Below, piece by piece: positions 49,505 through 64,000 of a stretch of DNA of 64,000 nucleotides. This stretch comes from Syncephalis fuscata S228. Taxonomy: Eukaryota; Fungi; Zoopagomycota. Below the pieces are notes generated by a model that did no database searches, was not told the origin of the DNA, and saw nothing but the letters and a program-made list of their open reading frames with translations. Every line of letters starts with the position of its first letter. The stretch's first letter is position 1. The DNA lies in assembly GCA_025786725.1 (NCBI GenBank), contig JAHLTZ010000013.1:1-64000 (forward strand), read 5' to 3'. The position numbers and the translations under genes were made by a program.

Positions 49505-52500
49505 CTTATGATTATGCTGAGATAATAGTATACTGTAGTATACGAGATATACCATTGATGTGTAATATGAACCAATAAAACAATCCAAATAATGGTTTGA
49601 GGTGCACATGCACCAATAGATTCATGGCGTGATATTATGCTTTCAAACTTAATTTCAACCTGCTCGGCATTTACACAAATGACACGGCAATTCCAATGAG
49701 CATTACATGTGCGATAGAGACATGTACATCACTTTGCTTTTTTATTACACGGTCTAACTATTTGGTAAAAGCAAGGTACTGTTTAACTTTGTAAAAGCGA
49801 TAGTGATATTTTTGCCGTCATTTCTACCGATTCAGTCCTCAATATCTGCATGCATACTAAACAGCACACAACCTGCCCGGTCTTTACTTCAATCTGTTAG
49901 TCATTTGCATGAGTACTGTAACGGTGTTCATAACCCAGTACATATGGTAAAAATAGACACATTAACCTGTTTTTTTATTACACGGTCTAACTATTTGGTA
50001 AAAGTAAGTATATTGTTTGGTTTTGTAAAAAAGATAATGATGTCTGCTGCCATTTCTACCGATTCGGTTCTCAATGTCTGTATGCATACAGAATAGCACA
50101 CAAAACTGCTGCAAAAACAAGTTTATCAAACTGGTATTTATACAGGTTTTTACTGCTATACATAGGTCAGTTGTAATTTTAAATTATAAAGTATATTGAT
50201 TGGTACATGCGCGTATTTCATTCCACTATGCCCATTGTTATGGGGTAGCAATTATTCTGAATTCACAAATGCATCACATCAAGGTATATCATGCCACATG
50301 TGCAACTACCATCATTCGAATGGCGGCTAATCCAAATTACCTAAAAGCAACTATACAATAAGTACTGTTTGTAGCATGATGCATCACGACATTTGAGCAA
50401 TGAAATATTTCAACAAGTCATTTTCGCCATCAGTTTTTAGCTGTAGACTAAATTGCATTGGCTAAACTACACGCGATGCAATATGCAGACACTAGACTAG
50501 ACACAATAGAAAGTTCCAATTGAATGTTAGCAATTTCGAGTGCATAATGTCAATGGATCGTATATCAACCGGTAATTATCCAAGGCCTAAGTGCTGCTTA
50601 CATTTATGAAAACACTTTTGACAAGTTAAGCAAGATGGAATGTAGAAGAACAAGCCAAAGCAGAAACCAATAGAAAAACAATTAGCAGCTCAAAGAATTA
50701 CTGGTTTGACCTATAACAAATCATTATATCTATGCTAAGCTAGACTACGTTTATCAAAAAGTTGGCTGTTGCTGATGCAGCTAGAACAGCAGTAACGTTA
50801 AATTGAGATAACGCACAGAAAACAAAGAGTTGTAGATAAAATTGAATTGACAAGTTTAGTAATTAAATACTTATTATTGTTACTATAACTTGTAATTCTG
50901 GTTGTTTGTACAGATAAATATTTACAAGCACATTGTACCTTCTTATATACTTACATTTACATGATCATCAACTAAAACAACTAGTATAAGGCTTAATCTA
51001 ATTATTTATCAATGTAAGCAGCTAATATTATACATTATTGCAACAATTGAAAGACAGATTAATTTTATTTATTAATTATTAATAAAAGTCGTATAATTGT
51101 ATATTAAAATAAAACAAAACATTGGATTGAGCGCGTAATATTTACATGATCAAATCATTTTACCTTGACTCCTACATTTTTGTTTACTTATTTCATTACT
51201 TTTTCTTATTGTTATCTTATCGTTTTATTCAGTAATATATCATACAATAATGTTAAATATAGCAATATAAATAGCATGTGTGTTTTAACATCAATAAAAA
51301 CACTATTCAATCCTTAGTCTTTATTTCTTTTATTTACATCAACACCTGTTCAAGTAACCTCAACAGCATGCCGTATATTCTGGCTACAACTGTCGCCACA
51401 AGATCTTTCTGGTGAAAACACTCAACCTATCATTATTGCATACGGTGGAGGTCATTTACTTCATTAATGGCCAACAAATAAACTGCGTCTATCAGGTTGC
51501 TACCAGGTATGGCTTCTATTAATATTCTATCAATCTTTCTACGCATGGCCAACAACAATAATCGACCTCAAATGGTTCAAAGAAATCAATTAAAACACTA
51601 TAACTATGTTTATTGTATATAACAACACTAACTTCAATTGGAACGAATTTTACTTTGGGGACTCAATGTGGGAGTCAAAGTAAAATCTATCCACAAATAG
51701 CTTATAATAAATTATATTGCTCCACACATTTATTTATGTAGCAACTTTAACTGTGGTCAATTGTACAATAATACAAAATGCAAATAACACCCAATTTACT
51801 AACACTATTAAATATAAACACTATTGAATTTACAATGTAACAAATAATGGTTTGCTATTCGACTTTAACACAAATAATGCCGTGGTTTTCTGTGTACTAT
51901 TACGAATTCTACGGTAACACATTATGAAACAATAAAATGGAAATTGATCAATGCAATAGCTGTATACTAAATTTGTCGTTTTGTGTAAGTGTTTGTAATT
52001 TATTCGCATTGGACTGTGTCTGTTATATTCGCTACAGTCGGACTGGACAACTAGCACTATGGCATAGACATGCAGCAAGGTAGGCGTGTGCATGCATGGT
52101 CTGGTCGCTTGCTGAAAAAATGTTTAACGCTTGGGAGTTTATAGCAGTACTTGCTGCTGCCGCCATAAGTTTTACTGAAACACAAACTGGTCTACTTAGT
52201 CATCAGTGCTATATTGATTGTACGGCTCCACTAGCAATCTATCGTTCTAGCTTGTAACGACGTTTAGACAGGACAATATGTGAGACGAAGACGCCTGTTC
52301 TGGCAATCATTGGCTGCCTTGCCGACTTGACCTGTAGACTGGCTAATACTCACTCATAAGTACTTTTGGTGTATTTTCGTTCTCGCTAATGTCACGACCC
52401 TGAAAAGCCCGTACTAGCCATAAAATACTTACATTATAAACTACAAGACTACTTCAAAAGGCTTTTTGTTAAATGTGGTCCGAGTGTTGGCCTGTTTTCT

Positions 52501-52980
52501 AATATACTGTTGTTTGTGAATGGAAGCCTTTGTATCACCCACCTGGTCATTTCGGGCATGTGTGTATTCTTGGAAACCCCTTGCCACATCCGTTCACCCT
52601 TTCTTTATTATTTTACTGCTTTACTCATCATCTTTCCATCTTGACAATAGCGTCACTACGTCACTATTGTTTTTCTATCAATATCCATAGCTATTGAATT
52701 GTCTAAGTGTTTGCTACAATAACAATACAGCTACTGGCGAGGTCTATTTGGTATGTGCTTTCTTGTTGATTTGAATGAAATGTGGGGTCTATTTCGTCGA
52801 CTTTGCCAATAAAACGGCCAGTCCTATCATTTTTCTATAGCAAAGTATATATAGTATTATTATTTGTATACGTTGTTTTTTCGTAAACAGACCGTTTACT
52901 GTATAACTTGCTATTTTATAACTTTACAAATACAGATATTAATACACATTTATTTCTACTAATAGTTGGCCAATTACGAT

Positions 52981-55900
52981 ATGTTAAGTCCACTTGGACA
53001 TGGCGACAACGCCAATATGGGCGATGTTAATGCGAGTGTAATGTCGGCCGTTACTTCTGCTCCCGTCTATGTGCGTGCGCTATATGACTATTCATCCAAC
53101 GATGCGTCAGCTCTTCGGTTTCGTCGTAACGATATCATTGAAGTGATTACTCAGCTAGATTCTGGCTGGTGGGATGGCAGATGCAATGGAGAACGTGGCT
53201 GGTTTCCAAGTAATTTTGTCGAACAAGTTGAGCCAGGTATTCCTGAAAGTGTATTTATTGACGACGACGGAGGATCAGACTGGAAGCCGTCTGCCGAGGA
53301 ATCCACTTATCCCGTAGCCGATGAAAGCGAGTTATCTCGTGGTATTATTAACGGCCAAGCACTACGTAGCCTTGAAAGTAATAATTCGCTTTCTGGCCTT
53401 TCTGCCAATTTAGCAAATGGCACCCAACAAACTGGTGGTACGAAATTTGGCACCAATAATAACAATAATATGTTTGACAGTAGCACCCAAGTTATTTTGG
53501 CTGCTGATGATGAAGAGCTGCCAGAACAGACTTCGACTGTATTACGCCTATCACGTGTGCCACCCAATGCATGGATTCCTCAAGAGACAGATGAGGGCCA
53601 TATTTACTATTACAATCCAACTACCCGTATTACTTCATGGGATTTGCCGCCAGATGGACACGAGCTTACACCAGAAGGTGCGGCTGCTTTAGCGGCCTTG
53701 GACGTTGAACCACAACAGCAACAATTTGATTCATCTGCTATACTCGACAATTATTTATCGGATACGGCTGAAGTAAATACGAATAATGCTACACCAAATG
53801 GAACAGTACGCCGAAATCAACATACTCTATCCGGTGGTGGTCAAGAAGATGGCGGCAATGATGCAGTTCAACGTTCAAATGAACGTAAAACATCTGCAGG
53901 CAGTCGTCCAGTTAATCTGGCATCCAAACGTAAGCCAACCTCTACTGAAACTGAAGCGGAAATTCCTGATAATAAGGTAATTTGATCATTTGTAATAATA
54001 CATTTAATGCTAATCTACGTATTAATTAATTAATTAACCAATTAATTATTATAATTAGTTGCCACAATATTGGGGTAAGAAGCGTACACCAGAGGGACGT
54101 GTTTATTATTTCAATATGATTACCGACGAAACTTTATGGTCACTTTCAAATATCGATATGACAACGGGCAAGTCACTCGATGAATCGGTTTCTAATCGCA
54201 GTTCTATGCATTCCAATCTATCCGAGAACTCTATCGAAGAAGCGCCTTACTTTACCGTCAATGCATTGGCTCGTACACCATCCTTTGCCTCTAATACGAC
54301 ATTGGCCGCTCATCCTGAAAGTAATCTAGCCTCTAGTGAAACACGTATGCCCATGCGTAAACCATCTGGATTTGTAGGCAAGCTCCATGCGCACAATCGT
54401 CCTATGGATAGCCTAGATGCCAATGGCTATGCACATAATGGTGCCGGTAATCCAGAAATAGGCGTTAGTTGGTCACGACTGGTTGCGCTTATCGTACTGG
54501 CTATTCATCGCCTTAACCACTCGGCGAAGCGAACTACAAAGAGTGCGTATATTGCCGACTCCCTTTTGATTGTCGATGCAATTTCCGCCATGTTAATGTC
54601 TAGCGGAACCATGCAACGCGACTCACCGGCCATTAAAGCACATAATTTGCTTAAAGCGCATCATGTTCATTTGATGAGTGCACTTTCCAAGCTAGTGCTA
54701 TCAGCCAAGGATGCATCGCGAGTCTGGCCACCTCCAGACGCTGTGCAGCAAATGCAGCGAGATGCCAACGAAGTTCTATTGGCCGCACGCTATTTCATGA
54801 ATGTTGCACAAGATGTAGGCATTCCTGCGCGATCTGTTGATGGCATTGATGTCGATGCGCTTGAAGTGGAGCTATCTGGGCCAACTACAATCACGCCACC
54901 AACAGCTGCTAATGGCGGAAACGATATGGCGCAAAACGGCATTAATGGCTATGGCCGTAGCCGAAGCAGCATCAGCAGTGGCAATGGGAATGAGCCTTTA
55001 TACGCTGATCAACCAGCCGATAGTATTGATTTGCTGGTTCGATTTGGCGAACATTCAAAGAGCGTGCTACGTATGGTGTCTAGCATGCAACGGCATTTGC
55101 AGCATTTGCGCATGGATCTACTTCAACTGGCGCAAAATAACCAAGCACCAGCTAGTTCACAAACCATTACTCATGCTAAACAAATGGTTTCAACTACTGA
55201 ACAATTCTTGCAACTGGTCGATAATTTACGATTTGATCATGTGTCCGAGGATACAGCCGAGCGTCTAATAGATGCTCGCCGTACATTGCAAGGAGAAGTA
55301 ATTAAACTGGTTATTGCAGTGCAAGAGGCCACCGATATTGATGCCGATGTTACAAGCATTGAGTCGTGTATTAAACACTTGAGTTCAGTTGACACAACTG
55401 CCAAGGAGCTGTTGATTGCATCTAAGCTGCAAGTGGAAGAGCGTGATGCATTACGGCACCGTGCATTGGAACAAAACGTCGATCGTTTCCGCGCTGTTCA
55501 ACGCCATGGTGATCGTATTGAGGCGACTATTCGTGTACGACGGGCACTTTCCATGTCGCACGTAGCTACTGAAGGCGACCGCATTGAAACGATGCTACTG
55601 GACCAAGACCAATTGAATGATTTGGATCAATTCGATGAAGATGATCTGCGCAGTGCTTCAAACCATTATGGTCATGCCGGTGCCGGTAATGAGCGTTACT
55701 TGTATAATGGCAATGGCAGCCAAGGCTATATGTTAGGTAAAAAGATGCCAATGAACACGTCTCGCAGCATTACTCGTCTCAATACCGATCCTTCAATACA
55801 TCGGGGTGCTACGACAGCGGCTATGCTTGCTGCATCCAAGTATATACACGATACTTCTTTGTCTCCACTCTCGGATTCGGATATCTACAGTGACGGCCCT

Positions 55901-57929
55901 ATGTTTACACCACCTGGTACCTTTTCACGCACTGATAAGGACTTTTGTTTAATGATGATGATGAAGACAGTGGAAATGGCATTGGTGGAAATGATGCCGA
56001 CGAATTCAACGTGAACAATTACAACGGCCATTGGGACAAGACTGAAGCTGATTATGAAAATGACCAGCCAAACTTCTATCCAGCTTCAAACGATCTTATA
56101 TTGAAGGTGGCGCCATGGATGGTTCAATCGCCAGAGCATAGCAGTGCATCGTCGATAAGACTACCACAGAGCCAAACAATGTCTTCTGGTAATGCTGCGG
56201 CACATGGCAATGCTATGGCAGCTGCAAGTGGTTCCAGTAGATCCGACATGAACCGAAAGGTTGCTCAGTTTTTTGGAGAAGATGCACCACTGCCAGGTAG
56301 GACAAAATAACATTTATAGTTACTAATAAGCTAAACAACTATTTTATAATATAATAGGTAGTACAGCGCCGATGCTTACATCTAGTAAACCCGCTGTAGA
56401 AGAGAAGCCGTCATTCCTTGGCTATGACTACGAAGAGAATGAGATTGTATTCACGCTCGATGGTAACGTGAAGGGTGGTACGCTTAAAGCGCTTGTTGAG
56501 CGTTGTACACTCCACGATACACTCGACACGACATTTATTAACAACTTCTTACTTACGTATCGGTCATTTACGACGACGGAAGAGTTTATGGATTTGTTAT
56601 TTAAACGATTCCAAATTCAGCCACCGTCTGGTTTAAGTCCTGAAGACTTGGAGCTATGGCGCAAGAAGAAGCAAACACCTGTTCGTCTACGGTAAGTTAA
56701 TTGTACTATTAATACATTATATTATTAGCTAATATATTGATTTACTCCTTATAGTGTATTCAATATTATAAAGCAATGGCTTGAATCTGGTTATCACGAA
56801 GAAAATGACTCGGGATTATTGGTTAAACTAAATGACTTTATTAAAACAACAATGACACCGTATATTAATACGTCGCCATTATTGAAACTTATTGAGAAGC
56901 GACAGAAGAAATCGACAGATTACACTCTGCGTAAACTAGTGCGTAATACTAAACAAGAAGCACCACAGCCGATCTTGCCTAAGAATTTGAAAAAGATTAA
57001 GCTACTTGATATTGATCCTATCGAGTTTGCACGTCATCTTACTATTATGGACTCGCAGTTGTATAACAAGATTACACCTGTTGAATGTTTAAACAAAGCA
57101 TGGTCCAATAAGGAAAATTCGTGCTCTGTTAACATTAAAGCAATGATTGAAATTTCAAATCATCTTACGCATTGGGTAATTGAATCAATATTGCAAGAGA
57201 AGGATGCACGTAAGCGTGCCCAATTGATTCGACACTTTGTGGCCATTGCTGATGTAAGTCCTTGTTATAAACATTTGTATTAATAATATCTAATATAGCT
57301 AATTGATTGATTGATTGATTAATTAATAATATTAATAATAATAATAGCGTTCTATGGGATTGAACAACTATAACAGTTTAATGGCCATTCTAGCTGGTCT
57401 CAACTCGGCTCCCATCCATCGTTTGAAGCGGACATGGGAACAGGTGTCTGCTAAGACGACAGCTGTTCTCGATCTGTTAAAAGCAAGGATGAATCAGACG
57501 AAGAACTTTTCGACTTATCGCGAAGGTCTTCACTCAATTGATCCACCTTGTGTGCCATTTTTGGGTAAGTTACTACTACTGCTACTACTACTAATAATAG
57601 TAATATAACATTACTAATACTACTTTATAGGTGTCTATTTGACGGATTTAACATTTATTGATGACGGTAATCCAGACAAACTAAGCGGCACTAATTTGAT
57701 CAACTTTAGCAAGTACAGCAAGTGTGCTGATGTGATTACTGAAATTCAGCAATATCAGAATCTGCCATACTGTCTTACAACAGTACCACAAATCAAAATG
57801 TTCCTTGAGCGTAACTTGCAAGGTGGCCGTGACGTACAAGATCTCTACAACATGAGTTTGAACATGGAACCGCGTGAACGAGAAGATGAAAAGATCGCCC
57901 GTCTATTACATGAAAGTGGCTTCCTTTAA
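52981..57929 (+). CDS. CDC25: CDC25-type Ras guanine nucleotide exchange factor (SH3-WW-WW-REM-RasGEF)
   Basis: SH3 VRALYDY...GWWDG...GWFPSNFV; WW WIPQETDEGHIYYYNPTTRITSWDLP and WGKKRTPEGRVYYFN; REM VKGGTLKALVE/FLLTYRSF; GEF LNNYNSLMAI and PPCVPFLG^VYLTDLTFIDDGNP. One frame break at ~55940. Confidence 0.93.
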
Positions 57930-58295
57930 GTAATCATCTCCTTTGTTGTTGTATATCATTTTACTATCAGTATTATGATGTCTATTGATCGTGTTAACCA
58001 TAATGACATGCACTTAATTAACTGACTGATTTAATTGAAGGTTTAATATAGTGCACATTAGTCAATCATTGATTTGTTTGCCGTTTAATGACAACAGTGC
58101 TAATAATAACGAGTAAATTGAATTTATTTTAATACTTATTCAATGGCGATTGTGTATAATATTAGTAGTTTATTTATAATGAAACAATCTATAATGATAA
58201 TATGATATAATTATTTAACAAATCTATATATACTAAAAAATGAAAAATGAAATATTGAAGGGGGAGTAAAATAACTTTTTAAATAGATCGCTTAT

Positions 58296-61200
58296 TCATC
58301 GCTGTTCATCATTAAACCAAACAGCTCGACTATTTCGATCTATTAGCGTATCTTCAATTGCATCCTCTGATTCGGTCGTTTCACTATCTTGAAGCCATGC
58401 AATAAGACAAACAGCCTTTTGTCGTAGTTCCTCTGTACCAATCGTTCCAGGCTCAGAATACCACCGTTCTACCGCTTCAGCATCAACAAGATCTGCTTGA
58501 TAAAACCGATGTAAATGTTCGACATGCCGCCGTGTCCGGCTCTTTTCTACACTACACATAATCTAATAATAACAAGAGATATCGTAAATATGCATGTTAA
58601 TTAATAGAATGGGTGTAATAACTTACTGATAATTCACGTACGGCTGTAGCTTGATCATCTTCATTACGAATCCAATTCTGTATTAATCCACACCATCGAT
58701 CTTCAAACTGTATCAATACAATCTAGTTAGTAAATATATACAATGTATATATTTCCTTTTACTCTCACCTCTAAATCTGCTTCATTGGCATAAATGTCGT
58801 CCATTGCATTCAGATAGGCGCCAATAATAATACTTAACATATTTTCATTATGCGCTGCATGTTTAATGGCCAAGTCATCCACCGCTAATAAGATGGCTGC
58901 CAATCCTAAATGTGAAGTATGTGCTTGGTGTAAATACTGTTCTACGATATCTGAGAACGTAGGTCGTCGATGTGATAGAGTAGATACCATAGAAGCTGCT
59001 TCTACTGGATCAATAATTGCTGATGGTGATGGTAGAGCTGATGCAAATAAATCATGCTCCTCTTCCGGCAATGCTTCAGTTGATGTTGCACGCAGTAAAT
59101 GTTTATTCAATGGAGCGGGTAAATCAATATTTAGAGACTGATTGGATTTGTCTGTCTCGCCGTTATCATTATTATCGTCACTTTCATCGTCATCGTCATC
59201 TTCATCATCTAACTCCGTTTCGCTTACTGGCATAGATGGACATAAATGAGATATATCTGGTTCCATATCTTCAACTGAAACTTGAGATAAAATATCATCT
59301 GGTATTAAGCCATTTGGATAAATAGAAGCTGGTTTTAATCGCATTATATCTTCTTCATCCTCCTCCTCATCGTCGTCACTATTATTATCGCTTGATTCTT
59401 CTGTTGCTGTAGTTTCGCCATCGTTCTCTTCATCTTCATCGTTGTCGTTTTCATCGTTTTCATCGTCTTCTTCATCACCATCACTTGAAGAATAAAATGA
59501 GGCCCGACTAGAGCCAATAGGTGTAGTGGTAATAGCTGTTTTTGGTTTTGCTATTGTTGGATTCTGTTCATTATCTGAATCATCGGCCCAGCTCTTAAAA
59601 TTCATATCATTTAAACTGAATCTATCCAAATCTGCTCCTACTCGATACGGTACATCGGTGGAATTAGGCTCTTCTTTCGTCGCAATAGAACTGGGCGTAA
59701 ATGTACAATTGTACCTCGTCTTCTTAATGGCCCACCGACAACACCGCTTGTTGGATGCCGTTCTCCTCCAATACCTGCATCGTACCAATTATTTGGATAA
59801 TCTTCTTGATTGCTATTATTATCGCTAGACTCAATAGCACTCTTTTTGTCTGCTATCGAATTAGTGGCTGTGTTATCAAATAGTTCTGTTTTGCCACTAT
59901 CTGGATCACCTCCTAGTGAGTCGACTAAATCGCGTAATCGACGGATTTCATCGTGAGCAGCTACTAATTCGCCATTACGCTCTTGCATATCAGTATCCCA
60001 AGTGTCACGAGCTCTTTGGTGGCATTGCTCAATAATACGACGCGCCGTTCTTTCCTGTCGTACATCGCATTTAGCCTGTTCCAATTGTGCACGTGTAGTT
60101 TCCAATTGAGTCCTTAATAATCTATTCTGACGTAGTAAATTACGTTTATCGCGTGATGTATAGCTTGGTGCATCATCATCTGGTCCCTCATTCGTTGTTT
60201 GCATATATTGCGGTACAGAGCAAACAGAGGCAGCAGCAGACGAGCCTGCTGATGATCGACCTGATTTATCAATTGTTATACTATTAATGCCGTGTTGATG
60301 ATGTGGCAAATGATGTAGTGGCGGTGAAGAGGCCAATGAGCGTGTTGGTGGATAGACACGTGGATATAGTTCTGGATAGGCATTGCTATAAACAGCAGAT
60401 GATATAAGATCATATGGAAGTAATCCGGCAGCTGGACCATAAGTAACCATTGCTGATGGTCGAGTATTAGCAGTGGAGGTTGAAATAGTGTTACCATTAG
60501 CTGTAGTATGCGATAAATCAATAGGTGTAGATGTTGCTGGTAGTACTCTAGCCTTACCATGCGTTTTAACCTCGCTGCTGCTATTATGATCAACATCATC
60601 GTCGGTATCAACGCCCGTGATAATTATAGAGTTATCTGCTGTAATACTTTCGGCAACAGTGGCCCATAATCGATCCAAATCTTCAGCCGGTATCGGTGGC
60701 GCAAATGCCGGTATTGAGTCTAATATAGGAGCACCCTGTGGGCCTAATAATTGCTCTGTTGCCATAATATTGTAATTATAATTATTACCAGTAATATTAC
60801 TAGTGACGGCGGTAGACGAATGGATAGTAGAAACCGTTTCAGCTAGATTAGACGATACCATAGGCGGCTGAGTGGAATGAGCACGCGACATAGGCTGTTG
60901 ATAATCAGCTACAGGAAATCTAGCAAATAACGGTGAACGTTGTCCATTGGTACGCGTTGACAATGAAGCTGACGCCGATAGACCAATTGATCCAACCGAT
61001 GAACGAGCACGTACAGCTTCTGGTGGTAAAGAAGAAGAACGACCATTCAACTCGGTGTATCTGCGTTGTGGAAGTCGACGTAATGATCGGCCACGATGAC
61101 GTAATGCTGGCTGTTGTTGTAGTGGTGGTGGTGGCTGTGACGATGGATCAATCTGCGGTGAACCCACACGTGACACGGGTGTTGTTGTAGATTCACGATG

Positions 61201-61647
61201 CTGTCCGTCGATTGCATTCGTTAAATGGCCATTTACTACATCTCCTTTTGCCTTATTGGTAAATAACCGACTAGTAGCTGCGTTAATATATGCACGCATT
61301 GTATCCATAATAGGAACAGCTGCAGCAGTAGTATTAGTGCTAGCAGAAGTAATGGGTTGAGTGATTGAGTCTATATCTTCATTCTCGGCTATTAAAGCTG
61401 AATCCGCCTCATTGTTAGATGTCCAATAAAGCGATACCCCTCTCTTTGCTTTCTCTTGTGCTTGAATATCGCTACTATTCTTTCCGTTCTTCTCAATAAG
61501 CAATTTCGTATCTACCGAATGGTCATCTATTTTGTTAAATGTTTCATAATAATGGCTATTCGTTGATTTAGTTATTGCCGTCTTTTCTCCCATGGCTGAA
61601 GAAACAAGATCGGGCTTAGATGTATCGGCCGAAACGGCCAGCTGCAT
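58296..61647 (-). CDS. Large disordered/acidic protein with a coiled coil and a C-terminal W2 (eIF5C-type) domain
   Basis: ORFs 59638-61674 and 58727-59788 overlap in different frames (break ~59700); the last exon LHRFYQADLVDAEAVERWY...LIAWLQDSETTESED fits the W2 aromatic/acidic boxes. Start codon uncertain. Confidence 0.7.
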
Positions 61648-62857
61648 TGGAGTAGTCAACGTGTAAGAGAACAAAAAAGATGATAAAATGGATATTTGCT
61701 AGTAAATATACCAAAGTAAACTGCACTTCAGATCTGCTGACGCAGTTTCAACAACAAACTAATAATCAATGCTGGCCGACCAACAAACCGATAGAACACT
61801 TGACGTAGTGATATTGGTGTCAGTGTTGGTGGTGGTGACTAGGAAAGGTATCGATAAAAGTGAGACTAATAGTCCAAGGATCAGGTGGATTAACAACAAG
61901 CAAAACGTTAGAATCACTTTGAGACAATGAAAGCATGACCAGGAATTGCACCTGCAAAAACAAATAAACAACAGATATACAAAGATAAACAGTAGGCGGT
62001 AGAAGGAAAGAGAAGGAAAGCGACGCACCAAGAATAGATATCTATACAAGGCATAATACGATTAGTAAGTGATCGGTTTAGTGGCAGCGTTGAAGCAATG
62101 CTGCTTCGGGCCGCTGCTGCCTTTGCCACTTACCACAGGTGAAGACTTGCTGCTGCTACTGTTGTTATCGCTGAGTAATAGGCGCGGCAAGGATGAAGCC
62201 GCTTTGCAATCACTAATAAAGCTTGGAAAGAAAACGCCGACAGTTACTTGGAGCAGCTATGCATATGCACACACGCAATATAGATCAAACGCAAAAGCCG
62301 CAGTATATGCACTATTACGGGTGCAATGTCAAAAAGACGAGACTAGCGAGGTCACCAAGGAGAAAGAAGTGCCAAGCAACAACAAAGAGGCATAAAAGGG
62401 ACTCGGGCTGGTCGTATACAAGAAGTGATAGAGAACAAACAGATACGGGCACGTACACGAAGGTAAATGCTGATGGTAGTTGCGATGGTAGTGGTTACAA
62501 GATTTAAAGTGAAATCAGATGGGGAAAGACAGTGTGAAGAAAACAGTAACCGTAAGCGTGGTGAGAAGCGTAAGTGTCAACACAGTCTGGCTGTTTACTA
62601 ATAATGTTGCTGTTACTGTGTTACAACCACTAGTGTTGTTATTGCTGTGTTGTTGCTAAGAGTAAGAACGAAATGCGGGAATTATCGACCTGGTGGACTA
62701 TTACTGATCAATTCTAACTTTCCCCTTCCCCTTCACACAGTCATTCATCAGTCATTCATTTGTCACAAGGCTTATGGATGTAACATGTAGATCAAATCAT
62801 GTGATCTATTCACATAAAGTGTGTGATCAAGTTGTTACTGGTCGAACAATTGCTTCG

Positions 62858-64000
62858 ACTCCCACTTTTTGAGTTTCCAAAGTAAAATTTGTTCCAATCA
62901 AAGTCATGTTGTTGTTATATGCAAATAGTTATGTTAATTCCTATTAAAATAAGTTAATAAATTGATTTAAACAAATAATGGAACATACTATTTGATTTTG
63001 TTGAGACATTTGAGGCCAATCATTGTTGCTGTTGGTCATGTATAGAAAGATTGATCGAATATTAATAGAAGCCATACAATTGTGATTTCACGTCGTTCCA
63101 CAGTTGTTGTTGTTGTTGCATTAATATATACATACTATGTACTATTTCATTTTAACTTTAAATTTATTAGCCATTTATTATGATTTATGCTTAAACTGAC
63201 TAAATTTAACACCATTCAATCTATTGAATATGATGATGAGTGGTGAATGACATTAGTCATCAAAACACTGGTCATTGTAGATTTATTATCCAGTATGCAT
63301 ATATTCTATATTCACCTATATCATTCCCATTCTAGCACATACTATTATACATCATGCTATGATATATTAGACACGTTCTATTGTTTATATGCTCCAATAT
63401 ACTTTACTCATTCTCCTCATTGCGTTATATATGCTATAGCTTTAACACCATTTTATACTTTTTTACCGTATATTTATCATTCTATATAGCATTCTATACT
63501 CACTTTGCCTTCCTCTATCCAAAGCTATTTTTATTTTTGTTCTAGCACTATTATCAACAAATGTCGACTAATTCCACTCTTTAAGCATGCATATATACTC
63601 AATGACTTCAACATAGTTAATCGTCATTTCATACCGTATTTTTTATATTGTATATTGTTTTATTGTATAATAAATACGTACTATCTATTGCACTTGTTTT
63701 TTTTGTTATAGCACTGTTATTAATAAGGTTCGACTAATGTTGGTCATCTGCTCATGCATATATGTTCAATAACTTTAACGTTGCTATTCTCGTTTAATAT
63801 TGCATATTCATTACAATATTTATTATTTTATTATATATTGGCCATACGCTGTCTATAACCGTTGTCGGTATGGTTCCAGCTTTTTCATTAATAAAAATTG
63901 ACTTATTGCACTTAGTTTGTTTACTGAGTTATATTGATAGAACAAATAATATGAATATGAAATTAGCTATGGTTTTAATGTTAATCAAGCAAAATGACGG
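62858..64000 (-). repeat. Inverted near-identical copy of 43554-44699, running off the window end
   Basis: The window end reverse-complements to ccgtcattttgcttgattaac at 43554; ORF-track peptides 63247/63505(+) duplicate 44064/43842(-). Confidence 0.92.

Larger units (their letters stand above)
45250..51680 (+). repeat. Segmental duplication, copy 2 (carries the micro-exon gene)
   Basis: Flanks match 19985-21301 and 21418-23640; the interior 46567-49264 is unique to this copy. Confidence 0.92.

Noticed and set aside
49357-49575. 72-aa minus-strand ORF from the track
   Set aside because: It overlaps the promoter/5' UTR of the micro-exon gene and has no protein-like features.
49680-50100. Local duplication upstream of the micro-exon gene
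   Set aside because: Real (cggtctaactatttggtaaaa occurs twice), but it looks like an ordinary short tandem duplication with no evident function.
59638-59788. Programmed ribosomal frameshift in the W2 gene
   Set aside because: No clear slippery site; similar breaks in several unrelated genes point to assembly indels.

Overview
AT-rich eukaryotic genomic DNA with many short GT-AG introns and no operons. Gene content and intron style suggest an early-diverging fungus, possibly Zoopagomycota; this is inference only. Conserved genes are RIC1, eIF4B, RPS13, an ABCG half-transporter, glutathione reductase, a CDC25-type Ras GEF and a W2-domain protein. They are interspersed with secreted proteins, AT-rich repeats, a decayed Fanzor/TnpB-like gene and a tRNA-headed SINE. 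Main observation: the apparent ~81-83 bp satellite at ~46.6-49.2 kb reads on the minus strand as a gene with 28 introns. After a 94-nt signal/pro exon come 27 micro-exons (25 of 3 nt, 2 of 6 nt), each bounded by TAG and a GTA donor (mostly GTAAGT). Spliced by hand they give a stop-free 63-aa precursor, MKLSIAAVCTIVVALVASTAIVDAKPALVRR|DIYGCLDQCYNKYFYNNNMDYYLCRTRCHHNP, with two CxxxC motifs. A paralog at 21.3-21.5 kb has near-identical flanks and leader but an intronless, different Cys-rich payload; similarity stops at the first splice donor. The ORF track cannot show this gene. All splicing models are hand-derived and have no transcript support here. Several frameshifts elsewhere may be assembly errors.
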